NCBI GenBank assembly: GCA_002269645.1
Contig: NIVC01000180.1
Location: forward strand, 62,001 to 126,000
Direction: 5' to 3'
Source of the DNA: Macrostomum lignano
Lineage: Eukaryota
DNA length: 64,000 nucleotides
The notes under the pieces were generated by a model. That model was not told the origin of the DNA. It saw only the letters and a list, made by a program, of their open reading frames with translations, and searched no databases. Position 1 is the first letter of the stretch. Each line of letters begins with the position of its first letter. The position numbers were made by a program, and so were the translations under genes. Below are positions 28,049 to 39,399 of this stretch, piece by piece.

Positions 28049-31000
28049 TCAAGCGGAGCCACCAAGTCGAGCGGCCTGCAGCTTGGCCGCCCTCGCCAGC
28101 AGGCCCGGAAATCGATCGCGCATCGACTGGTAAGCCGGCGCCGCTTCCGGCCTGGGTTCGAACGTCCTGGACTCGACTCCGGCGCCGCTGTCGGGCGGCA
28201 GAGAGGCGAGAAAATCGGCGCTTGGGCCGGCGAGAGCGCTGGCGCCAAGTAGAGCGGCGCCGAGGGCAGCCGAGTTGCCCAGGCCGGGCTGGACAATCAC
28301 CGGAGTAGCCAGGGCGTCAGCCAGCACCTGCGGAGCGGCTGGAGCTGTTGCAGCTGCCGACTCAACTACTCATTCAGTCGCAGCATCTACTTTGAATTCA
28401 TCTTCCGAATATACTACCTATTTAGCTACCAGATCAACTACCGATTTATCTACCAGATCAACTACCTATTTAGCTACCAGATCAACTACCGATTTATCTA
28501 CCAGATCAACTACCTATCTAGCTACCAGATCAACTACCGATCTAGCTACCACATCAACTACCGATTTATCTAACAGATCAACTACCGATCTAGCTACCAC
28601 ATCAACTACCGATTTATCTACCAGATCAACTACCTATCTAGCTACCAGATCAACTACCGATTTATCTACCAGATCAACTACCGATCTAGCTACCAGATCA
28701 ACTACCGATTTATCTACCAGATCAACTACCGATCTAGCTACCAGATCAACTACCGATTTATCTACCAGATCAACTACCGATCTAGCTACCAGATCAACTA
28801 CCGATTTATCTACCAGATCAACTACCGATCTAGCTACCAGATCAACTACCGATTTATCTACCAGATCAACTACCGATCTAGCTACCTCTATTTAACTACT
28901 GATACATCAGCAGCAACAGTGTATATTAACTAAATCAGCTTAGCTACTAAGCGCCGTCCCAAAGCCTGACCAACAGCAGCTCACCTGAGCCACCCGCGGA
29001 TTGGCCGAGGCTCCCCCAGTGGCCAGCACCCTGGCGCCGGGCTCCCCGGGCCGGAAGCCGAGGCTCTCAGCGAACAGCCGCAGCGACATGGCGTGGCTCT
29101 CCAGACAGGCTCGAGCCTCGGCGGCCGGACCTTCGACAAAGTTAGCGCCGTCTGGCAGCGGCTCTCCGTCGGCGCCGAACCGATAGCGACCCAGCGCGCC
29201 CTCCGGCACAATCTCCGGCGAGTCGAAGTACAGCCCGACGAGCCCGCCATTGCCGGGAGGCCGCGAGTCCAGCAGCCGGTCAAACTCGGCCCAGGAGCCG
29301 CCCGCGAACCGGTCCCTGATGGCCTCGCGGGTCAGCGCGCCGTTCTTAAGGCTGGTTGGGTTGGGGATTCGGCACTGAGCAAGGTCCTGGGCTCGAGCTC
29401 CAGTCAGCTGCTCACTAAGCCAGAGGACTCACACTGCAGCCAGCTGCTCAGCTAGCGGACTCACACTGCAGCCAGCTGCTCAGCTAGCGGACTCACACTG
29501 CAGCCAGCTGCTCAGCTAGCGGACTCACACAACAATAGGCATGCAGGACTCGGTGTCCACAGCGCAGGCCATGACCACGCAGCCCAGGCTTGGCAGGGCG
29601 GCCCCGGCGGGCAGGCAGCGGCCGGGTGACCTCAGCAGGGCGCAGCTGGAGCTGCCCAGAGTGACGGCGAGGCAGCCCGGCTGCAGCCGCAGTCCAGCCA
29701 GCGTGGCCGGGTTGTCGCCGGTGAAGGCGGCCACGCGGCAGTCGAGCGAGAATCCCCACCGAGCAGAGAGGTAGGCCGACACCCGGCCGAGGATCGTGCG
29801 GCCAGGGACGATCGGGCCGAGGAGGCTCTGGGGCGGGGAGATGAGGGACTGAGGCTGGAGCCAGCTTAGGTACAGGTGGGGCCGGAGTCACTTGGAGTCA
29901 GACAGGCTCAGGAGTAGAATGTGGGGTCACTAGGGAGTAGACTGTGGGTCACTAGGGAGTAGAATGTGGGTCACTAGGGAGTAGACTGTGGGTCACTAGG
30001 GAGTAGACTGTGGGTCACTAGGGAGTAGACTATGGGGTCACTAGGGAGTAGACTGTGGGGTCACTAGGGAGTAGACTGTGGGTCACTAGGGAGTAGAATG
30101 TGGGTCACTAGGGAGTAGACTGTGGGTCACTAGGGAGTAGACTGTGGGTCACTAGGGAGTAGACTATGGGGTCACTAGGGAGTAGACTGTGGGGTCACTA
30201 GGGAGTAGACTGTGGGTCACTAGGGAGTAGACTGTGAGATCACTAGGGAGTAGAATGTGAGGTCACTAGGGAGTAGACTGTGGGTCACTAGGGAGTAGAC
30301 TGTGAGATCACTAGGGAGTAGAATGTGAGGTCACTAGGGAGTAGAATGTGGGTCACTAGGGAGTAGACTGTGAGGTCACTAGGGAGTAGACTGTGGGTCA
30401 CTAGGGAGTAGAATGTGGGTCACTAGGGAGTAGACTGTGAGGTCACTAGGGAGTAGAATGTGGGTCACTAGGGAGTAGACTGTGAGGTCACTAGGGAGTA
30501 GACTGTGGGTCACTAGGGAGTAGACTGTGGGGTCACTAGGGAGTAGACTGTGGGTCACTAGGGAGTAGACTGCAGAGTATATTACGATTTAGTAGAGTAA
30601 ATTTTCAAGTGGCGATAGATGAAAAGCGGGACTCAAAGCTTAACGGTCCGCACCTCCAGTCCGGGCTGCACGAAATCGCACAGGCGGGGCACCCAGGCTC
30701 TCTCGGCCAGCGACATCAGATTCATGCCGGACCCGTCGGCCTCGTCGATGCTGGCGTAGTCGCCGAGGAATAGCGAGGCAGCAAAACTGCTGACCAGGGA
30801 GACTCGCTCGGTGTCGGCCAGAGTGCCGGCGAGGCGCTGCTTCATCAACTGGGCAGCCGTGTAGCGGTGGAAGGCGCGGGCGCCGGTCAGGGCGGCCAGG
30901 GCCTGCGGGGTAAGGCGGGGCGGTCGGTGGCGAGTAGGGAGGAATCTGCTGGCGGCCCAGGCTGAGGGTCTGGGAGGCTGTCTCTGAGGGTTTGGGAGGC

Positions 31001-34000
31001 TGGCTGAGGGTTTGGGAGGCTGGCTGAGGGTCTGGGAGGCTGGTTGAGGGTCTGGGAGGCTGTCTCTGAGGGTCTGGGAGGCTGGCTGGGGTCTGAGAGG
31101 CTGGCTGAGGGTTTGGGAAGCTGGCTGAGGGTTTGGGAGGCTGGCTGAGTGTCTGGGAGGCTGGCTGAGGGTTTTGGAGGCTGGCTGAGGGTCTGGAAGG
31201 TTGTCTGAGGGTCTGGGAGGCTGGTTGGGGGTCTGGGAGGTTGTCTGAGGGTTTGGGAGGCTGGTTGAGGGTCTGGGAGGCTGACTGAGGGTTTGGGAGG
31301 CTGGTTGAGGGTCTGGGAGGCTGGCTGAGGGTTTTGGAGGCTGGCTGAGGGTCTGGGAGGCTGGTTGGGGGTCTGGGAGGTTGTCTGAGGGTTTGGGAGG
31401 CTGGTTGAGGGTCTGGGAGGCTGACTGAGGGTTTGGGAGGCTGGTTGAGGGTCTGGGAGGTTGTCTGAGGGTCTGAGAGGCTGTCTGAAGGTTTGGGAGG
31501 CTGGCTGAGTGTCTGGGAGGCTGGCTGAGGGTTTTGGAGGCTGGCTGAGGGTCTGAGAGGCTGGCTGGGGTCTGAGAGGCTGGCTGAGGGTTTTGGAGGC
31601 TGGCTGAGGGTCTGGAAGGTTGTCTGAGGGTTTGGGAGGCTGGTTGAGGGTCTGGGAGGTTGTCTGAAGGTCTGGGAGGCTGGCTGAGGGTCTGGGAGGT
31701 TGTCTGAGGGTCTGGGAGGCTGTCTGAAGGTTTGGGAGGCTGTCTGAGGGTCTGGGAGGTTGGCTGGGGTCTGAGAGGCCGGCTGAGGGTTTGGGAGGCT
31801 GGCTGAGGGTTTGGGAGGCCGTCTGAGGGTCTGGGAGGCTGGCTGAAGGTTTGGGAGGCTGTCTGAGGGTCTGGGAGGCTGGCTGAAGGTTTGGAAGGCT
31901 GGCAGCCCAGACTGAGGGTCTGGGAGGCTGGCTGAAGGTTTGGAAGGCTGGCAGCCCAGACTGAGGGTCTGGGAGGCTGGCGGCCCAGCAGCTAAGGATT
32001 CAATACCGCAGGTTCGCAGCAACCAAGAGTTCAATCAAAACGAACCTCCGGGCCGCCAGCGAAGGCCTCGAGCTGGGCGCACTGCTCGCCGGTGCTGGAG
32101 TCCATCCACACTGGCGAGTCGGTGGTGCTGAAGCAGGCGGCCAGCTGCTCGGCCATGGGCAGCTCCGGCTTCAGCTGGCGAAGCGTGTCGCGCGCTCCGG
32201 TGCGCCAGTAGACGCTGCCGTGCTGCTGCCCGGAGCCGCAGATGACGGCGGCCTGGCTGAATTCAACGCCGCGGGCCTTCAGCTGGGCGAGCAGGCGGTC
32301 CAGCGCCTCCACCCACATCAGCGTCGGGGAGGTGATGGTGGCACCATCTGGGTGGACGCGCACGCCGCCTTTGGTTCTGCGAGCAGTTTTTTGAGACGAT
32401 TCTGACTGCTTTTAGAAGAACAGTCTAGCAACCACACAGCAACCAGGTGCGAATCCTACTCACTTGTAATGCGGAAGAGCTTCATCGAATTTTAGGAATT
32501 CTTCAAAAAAGATTTCCCCAGTAGTCAGGCCAACTCCAATGGCTTTTACCTGTTAGTTTTTGAAATATGCTTTGAAGACATTTCTGATTGGGAAGATTCA
32601 AATACTTAAAGCTATGTCATATTATTTTTGACACAATGGCATTAGCATTTTAAACTAAAATCTAATAAGTATCTAGTCAAGTTATAACTGGAGCATACTA
32701 ATTAGGTTTTTAATTTGTCCCACTTGTATTTTGTTCCTATATTGTTTTATACACCAAAAACATTGGCATAAATTAGCATTCCAAAATGTGTCAACTTTGA
32801 AGGAAGACATTTCTAACATATATGCAACCTTCTGGCACCTAGATTGCTACTGGTCTTGTTAATTTATATTTATTATTAAAATATATTAAATGATCTTCAG
32901 TGTATGATCATTATCGTACAATACAATATGCCTAAAAGAGCTCAGACATACTCAGACTTATTCTTATTATTGTTGGTCTATTTAAAGCTTTAGAACCTAT
33001 TAAGCAAAAACCTATGATATTCTAAGTTCAACTGAATGGTATGATTTGCCATTGACAATATGCCAATGCCAATAATAGCTAGCTAACTAATACTGTAGCT
33101 TAGTTGTTAATACCTAAGACCAGAGCAAGATATACCAGCTCAATGTTAGACTCATTGACTATGATAGCAAGTCAACCTATCTAATAGAAAATCCTTAATT
33201 ATCTCCTATTTATCTTTAGATTACTATAACTTACTTATTGATTATTATCTTTGATAGGCCTATTTTAGGCCTATAGACCTAATTTCTGCTTTTTGCTAAG
33301 AAATTCTACTAATAATTTCTGCTTATTGCTTCCCTTTCCTTCTATAAAGACCAAATCATACTTTGCTTTATTTAATTACTGAGTATAATAAAAAAATAAT
33401 AGGCCTAGGTTGGGGTCCTAGATAGCTAAAAAGTCAAAGGAAATAACTTGTTTAGGAAAGGGCTTCATTTATGTATATTTATATTGATTCACCTACATGT
33501 ATTTTTATCATAGGGCCTATTACAATTAATTTATATATATATATATAAATTTTAGCCACAGCCCTAATTTTTTATATGTTTAGCAATACCTACCAACATA
33601 CATGCGCAACTGCTGGCCGAGCTGGCCGATCCGGCCACCATAAATCGTGGCTGACCAGGGGTAAGTCGCAAAATTGAGTTGACCAAAAACAGAAAAACAC
33701 AAGAACCAAGAAAGAAAGGCAACAGGAAAGCGAAAAAAGAGTGGTTCAAGGAAAAATGGTGAAGCAAAAGAAAAACAAGTCGCATAAGAAGCAAACTAAG
33801 TCGCAAAAAGGATCAGGTAAGTCGCAACAGGAGCAACTAAGTCGCAAAAAGGATCAGGTAAGTCGCAATAGGAGCAACTAAGTTGCAAAAAGGATCAGGT
33901 AAGTCGCAATAGGAGCAACTAAGTCGCAAAAAGGATCAGGTAAGTTGCAACAGGAGCAACTAAGTCGCAAAAAGGATCAGGTAAGTCGCAATAGGAGCAA

Positions 34001-36701
34001 CTAAGTCGCAAAAAGGATCAGGTAAGTCGCAATAGGAGCAACTAAGTCGCAAAAAGGATCAGGTAAGTCGCAAAAGGAGCAAACTAAGTCGCAAAAAGGA
34101 TCAGGTAAGTCGCATAAGAAGCAAACTAAGTCGCATTTTTGGTCAAAACTAAGTCGCACGGCCAGCGTAATTTCAGAGGTTGCGCATGTATGCCTACCAA
34201 TCCTATTTATTTAGAAAAATTGATTTGTTGGTTAAATAATTATTTGTCTTTTGAGGAAAAGTATCTAGCTTTGTTTTTTTGTTCAATTGTTGGCTAGGAG
34301 CCAAAAAAGAAAGTCTTTTATTGCATAAACCTTTAAAACAATTTTTAATAGCCTAAAAAAAGATTGCTTTTATTTAAAATGTCTTGGCTTTGGTATAAAT
34401 AGTTAGGGCTTATTTATGATAGAAAATATTTATATAGGCCTAATATACTTATTCATATAGAAAATATGCAAGTTTGATTGTAGGCTTTAAAAATAGAGGG
34501 GAGAGAGGCGAGAGACTAAACAACCTATGTATGTAGGCCTAGTATAGGCTTATACTTTTTATATTAGGGCCTTAATATTAAGGCCTTAAAATATAAAGTT
34601 TTATTAATATTATTTATAGAATATAGGTAGGCGCCTATAGGCCTATTTATAGTTATTCATTATTTATGTAATTTATATTCTCAATTTTAGGACAAAAAAA
34701 TTCTAAATAAATTCATTATATAGGTGTAGCAAAATATTTTAAGCAATTAGCAAATAGGCCAACTATTAATAGGGCCTATATTAATCTGGTTCCTGGACAC
34801 TTCGTCATCTTACAACTCTGTCATCTTGATGACGAAGTGACCACGGATTTTGGACGTTTTGTCATATCAAAAAATAGTTAGTAAATCTAGATGACAAAGT
34901 GACCAAATTCTGAGGACACTTTGTCATCCCAAGATTTTGCAAGGCTGTAAGTTGTTATTCGATTGTTATATTGTTAAAAATTGTTATATTTCAGTTTATA
35001 TATATTATTCAGTTTATATTGTTTAAATTGTTAAAACATAATCAACACTTCAAAAATGAAATGATGATAAGGCCTGGCCAACAGCATAGTATATGGTTGC
35101 TGCTTAATTTTAAGCTTTTTCGTAGACAAAAAGTAACTGAAAGTTTGATTCGAAAAAAATTCTGGAAACTTTTGGTTCACCCTAATAGGTTCAAACTTGC
35201 CAAGCTCTAATAATTATTTTTGCTTACCTTGTTAAAGCCCTAATATTGGCATTATCACTTCTACAACCAAAGGGGAGGCAACAAAAGTATGTGGCCATGC
35301 ATGTGTAGTTACGTAATGGATTTCTCTTTAAGGACTTAACCAACCCTTGAATCACAACCCCATACAGTCTGAGCTAGAGTGATGTTACGTAATGGATTTC
35401 TCCTTGCTCCACTTGCTGGCAGGGACTTAACCAACCTTTCACAGGCATCAGTCTGCAGAGCTATAGAGCGTTTTCACCCCCTAAATATGCTAAGCCGTAC
35501 CGCGTACATGTATTTATGTCTATGAGTGCAACGTGCCAATTCTCCAACCAACTAACCACAGTGGCGGATCTAAGCTGAGGGGTGCAAGTGCAGAGATGGT
35601 CAATTTACCCCTCAAGAAGTGGCCAGGCTGGCACCGGCAACTAAAGCAGCGGGCGGAGCACACCCAGCTGACTCTATATCCGCTGATGGAGTTGCTACTG
35701 GGCTAAATATTGAGCTGGCGAACTCTCCATTCGCAGCTTCCTGCTTAGCTGCTCTCGCCTGGGTCACATCCCTTGGTTCGGCGGTCAAGTGCAAGGCCAT
35801 CAGTGAGTATATATTTAATGTATGTAAGTTCTTCCTTGATTTTAAAAATCAGCTATGGAATTATTCTATTTGGACAAAATCACATTTGCATTTCATGTGT
35901 AACTTCAACATTTTACTTAGCTACATTTACCTAAGAAAAATTTAGCTACATTTAGCTACACTTAAAATACTAGCTAGTACTATTAATTCTGCAGTAATTT
36001 AAATGTGTAGGTCTTAATGCTATTCTCTTTGTGCTTTGTGAACTTTGTGATCTTTGTGCCTACATGTATAGCTACAAATTATGTTACTATATTACTCTTT
36101 GTGGGTCATAACTCCGCCATTGTCTGGTCTTAAGCCCAGAATGTGAAAGGAGGAGGGTGACTATATCTATATGTAGATCGATACATATACATGTATAATG
36201 TCTTGTCTTAATCTTTATACATGTAGTTGCATGTACGAGTATATGTATGTTACATATATAGCAAAGTTTTTCATACAAAAAGTGGATGACGAAGTGTCCC
36301 GGGAGTAGATGACAAAGTGTCCAGGGAATAGATGACAAAGTGTCCACATTAGTAATGTGGATGACGAAGTGGTAAGATGATGAAGTGTCCAAAAATATGA
36401 GTGGATGATGAAGTGGTAAGATGACGAAGTGTCCAGGAACCTATTAATCTATGCTTTGAATAGGGCCTAGGCTCTAGTCTAAGCCTGACATATTCTCAGG
36501 CTTAAACATATTTCATCACAATTAGGTAGCCAATGGGTTTGAATATTGTATTTGTTGATAAGTACCCTAGCTAACAATAACATCACCAATAAAACTGTCA
36601 AAACAAAACTGTCAAAAGGATCAGCAAAAAATATAAATCATTCAAAATATCCTGACCTGCTGAGTCGAAAAGTCCCAGCCTAAAGCAAATCTTTCATTCA
36701 T
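28049..36701 (-). CDS. XYLB: Xylulose kinase (FGGY family), about 551 aa, 7 exons
   Basis: Exons 36701-36657, 32549-32464, 32376-32046, 30902-30654, 29827-29529, 29351-28985, 28327-28049. GT-AG with consistent phases; total 1656 nt. Motifs LGWDFSTQQ, SGQQHGSVYW, PVWMDSST, RVSLVSSFAASLFLG, DGSGMNL, FTGDNPA, KNGALTRE, LATGGAS. Confidence 0.93.
28425..28890. repeat. 24-bp minisatellite (CTACCAGATCAACTACCGAT[TTAT/CTAG]) in XYLB intron 6
   Basis: About 19 tandem copies with alternating variants. Confidence 0.93.
29424..29530 (-). repeat. 32-bp repeat anchored on the XYLB exon 5 donor
   Basis: Minus-strand unit GT|GTGAGTCCGCTAGCTGAGCAGCTGGCTGCA, three copies plus a partial fourth. Confidence 0.88.
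29905..30572. repeat. 22-23-bp minisatellite (TGTGGGTCACTAGGGAGTAGAC) in XYLB intron 4
   Basis: About 29 copies read directly. Confidence 0.95.
30955..31990. repeat. Degenerate ~20-bp minisatellite (GGCTGGCTGAGGGTCTGGGA) filling XYLB intron 3
   Basis: About 50 variable copies. Confidence 0.93.
33597..34192. mobile_element. hAT-like MITE (596 bp) with an internal 41-bp tandem repeat
   Basis: 14-bp TIR CATACATGCGCAAC. 8-bp TSD CCTACCAA (33589-33596 / 34193-34200). Internal repeat AAGTCGCAAAAAGGATCAGGTAAGTCGCAATAGGAGCAACT at about 33780-34135. Confidence 0.88.
34788..36441. mobile_element. Non-autonomous Mutator-like element (1654 bp)
   Basis: TIR GGTTCCTGGACACTTCGTCATCTT. 9-bp TSD TATTAATCT (34779-34787 / 36442-36450). 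Subterminal GATGAC(A/G)AAGTG repeats at both ends. Confidence 0.85.
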
Positions 36702-39399
36702 TCAATCTGCCTAAAAGCACAAGCTTGCTTACTAACAACTTCGAATTTCGAATTTCGAATAAATCAGTCACTGAGTCAGTCAGTTTCTGTAAAAAGATTG
36801 GTATTACAAGACAAACTTTAAGCTTTATTACTTCATTCTTAAATTCAATTTTTTTACCAGCACTAGGCCTATAGACAGACAGAAAGTAGTGACAGTGAAG
36901 TACTTACTGGGCGTGGGAACAAAGTAGACTGCAAACCACACACCACGTAACACCAACACACAGCGTCACAACAACATCAACACAACACGTGATCGTGAAA
37001 CTTTGCATTTCAAACCTTTCTTAGAAAGAGATTTAGTATATGGATGGACAAGCAAGCAAGCATACAAATATTAGAGATTTAGTATATTTAGAAGGCAATT
37101 TTTAGTTAACGAAAAAGGCCTGGCTAGCTAGTGGTTTTGACAGACAGCTGTAGTCAAAAGGTTACAAGACTCATAATTTCCATCCAGCCCCAAAATCTAC
37201 AGTTTTTCACAATTTGTACAGACGAAAACAGTAGCACAACCTTTTTATTAAGGGTCTCCCTAAAACACGCCCCGCACCGCCCCAGCAGCGCTACACGTTA
37301 TAACAATTTGGTTTGTAAGACTTTGCAAAATAAGTTTTATGCTAAGATAAAAATTTTAATTAAATGCATTTATTTTATTAGAAGTAGAAAATCCTAAGTT
37401 TAAAGAATTTTTAGCAGAAAGCGCACTAGACTTGTCAACAGGTATTCAACTTTACCGTGTTACATTAGTTTGTTGAATCGTGAATAAAAAATAACACGTG
37501 CTTATATAATACGTTGAATCTAATACACTTATACACGGTCATTTTGTTAGGAGCTCCACTCATGATGAAGCTCTCTGAATATCTAAGCTAACGCCAACGG
37601 TAAAGTAATTACATTAAGACAATTCTAAACTAACCAACAAGCAATATACACGCTTCAAGTATCTAACCAAAGAACTAGAAAACCAACAAGTCCAGGTAAG
37701 CTACTTTAGTCATCTAGCGTAGCAAAGCGAAAGTAAAGCCGTAGGCCCCCACAACAGTGTCAATAACTTAATGTATCTTTGGTTCTCTTTCAACAAGAAA
37801 TACCGTCTGCCTGCTGAGTAAACGAAGTGGTTGTAACTACATTTCATCTGCTATTTAATAGCATAACTTGGTTAGCCTAGCCCTAGGTCTAGGTTATAGC
37901 CAAAATTTCACTCGAATGTTGTTACAAGCCTTTTTTTAATTTAGCGGCAGATTTTGCATCTTTAACGCCCCCAAAATTTCTGGAATTTTTTTCACCTACA
38001 CTTGCACTTTTTTACTCTGAATCTCTGATGTTATTTTTTATTATTTCTCCTGCATTTGATTTATATTTAATGTCTAATGCATTATTCGATTGTATATAGT
38101 ATTGATTATAGTTGGCTCATTTCATTTTTCAGACACTAAACATAAATAATTAATTCAACAATATGCCAGTAATAAAGTACATTTTTATGATAGTAACAAA
38201 TTAAAACAGCATATTTTTTCAAAGTCTATATTAACCAATATAATTAGATGGCTTAGAAAAAATACACAGTAAGCAAAATAGCACATATTCCAGATTGAAA
38301 AAAGGACAAGTTCTAATAACAGGGAACACAAAAATTAAAAAGTAACAGGGATATATTAGAATTTAACATTTCAAGAGAACAAAAAAGTGCTTTTCAAAAA
38401 TGTTATAACAGAAAAAGTTGTAACAGTGCCATTTACTTAAAAACAAGAAAAAACATTATTAAACTAAAAGACTATTTACACTTAATTAGATCTTACTCTT
38501 TTAAATTTGGAAAAAAAGGCAAAAATGTTCAAAGTTGCAAAAAATATTGTTTTTTTATTCTCAAATAGACAAGTAGGCAAAATAGGCAAAATAGGCAAAA
38601 TGGATTCTCAATAGACAAAATAGAAAAAAGTAACAAATAGTAACATCTGATGCATAAAGTGCCATTTTATATGAAATTTTTCTTGCTATATTGAAAGTAA
38701 AATAAATGTTGGCATTATAGCAATGAAGTAAGTTGAACACTTAATAATATAAATAACTTTAAGCATACAAACAGAAAAGGTTTAAACATAAAAAGTTTAA
38801 GTAAATACATAGCCATTTTCTTATCAGCAAACAATTTAATAATAATATGATGATTAGCTATAAATGAAAACCTCTAAACTATGATCTCATTGCCATTACC
38901 ATTATGACATGGTTGTGCATTGTGCACTCTTGGAATTCACTGTCCTTAACATTTTCATGCAAACAGACAGTTCAAAAGCACTCAGGTCCCAATACCTGAC
39001 TCAGCACCCCTATCTAGCCTATCTATTCTCCATACTCATGAACATTATCATGTACTCAATGTACCAAAATCTGTTTCATCAGTCAATAAATAGGCACTGC
39101 CACATGCTTTTTTCACCTTAGTGAAACAAACTTACCAAGAAACAGGCATACAAACACAAGCTCATTGCTATACTATATACTACAAGCTATTTTTCTTTTA
39201 ATCTATTTCACAGATTCACACAACTCTTTATTCAAAGTCCACTTCTTGCAGGGCTTTTTATGAAATGTAAATGCCCATTTGAAAATAATCATCAGTACTC
39301 TGCTATATATAATAAACGAGCTATGCTAGAAATTAGCTAAATTATTATTACCACAGGACGAAAATACAACAGTTTCGTAGCTTCAGAGTTGATAGAAAA

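Noticed and set aside
28275-28895. Mucin-like (TRSTTDLS)n 206-aa ORF
   Set aside because: 24-bp intronic minisatellite antisense to XYLB.
30640-32034. 464-aa Pro/Gln/Ser-rich ORF
   Set aside because: Translation of the XYLB intron 3 minisatellite running out of frame into exon 4.
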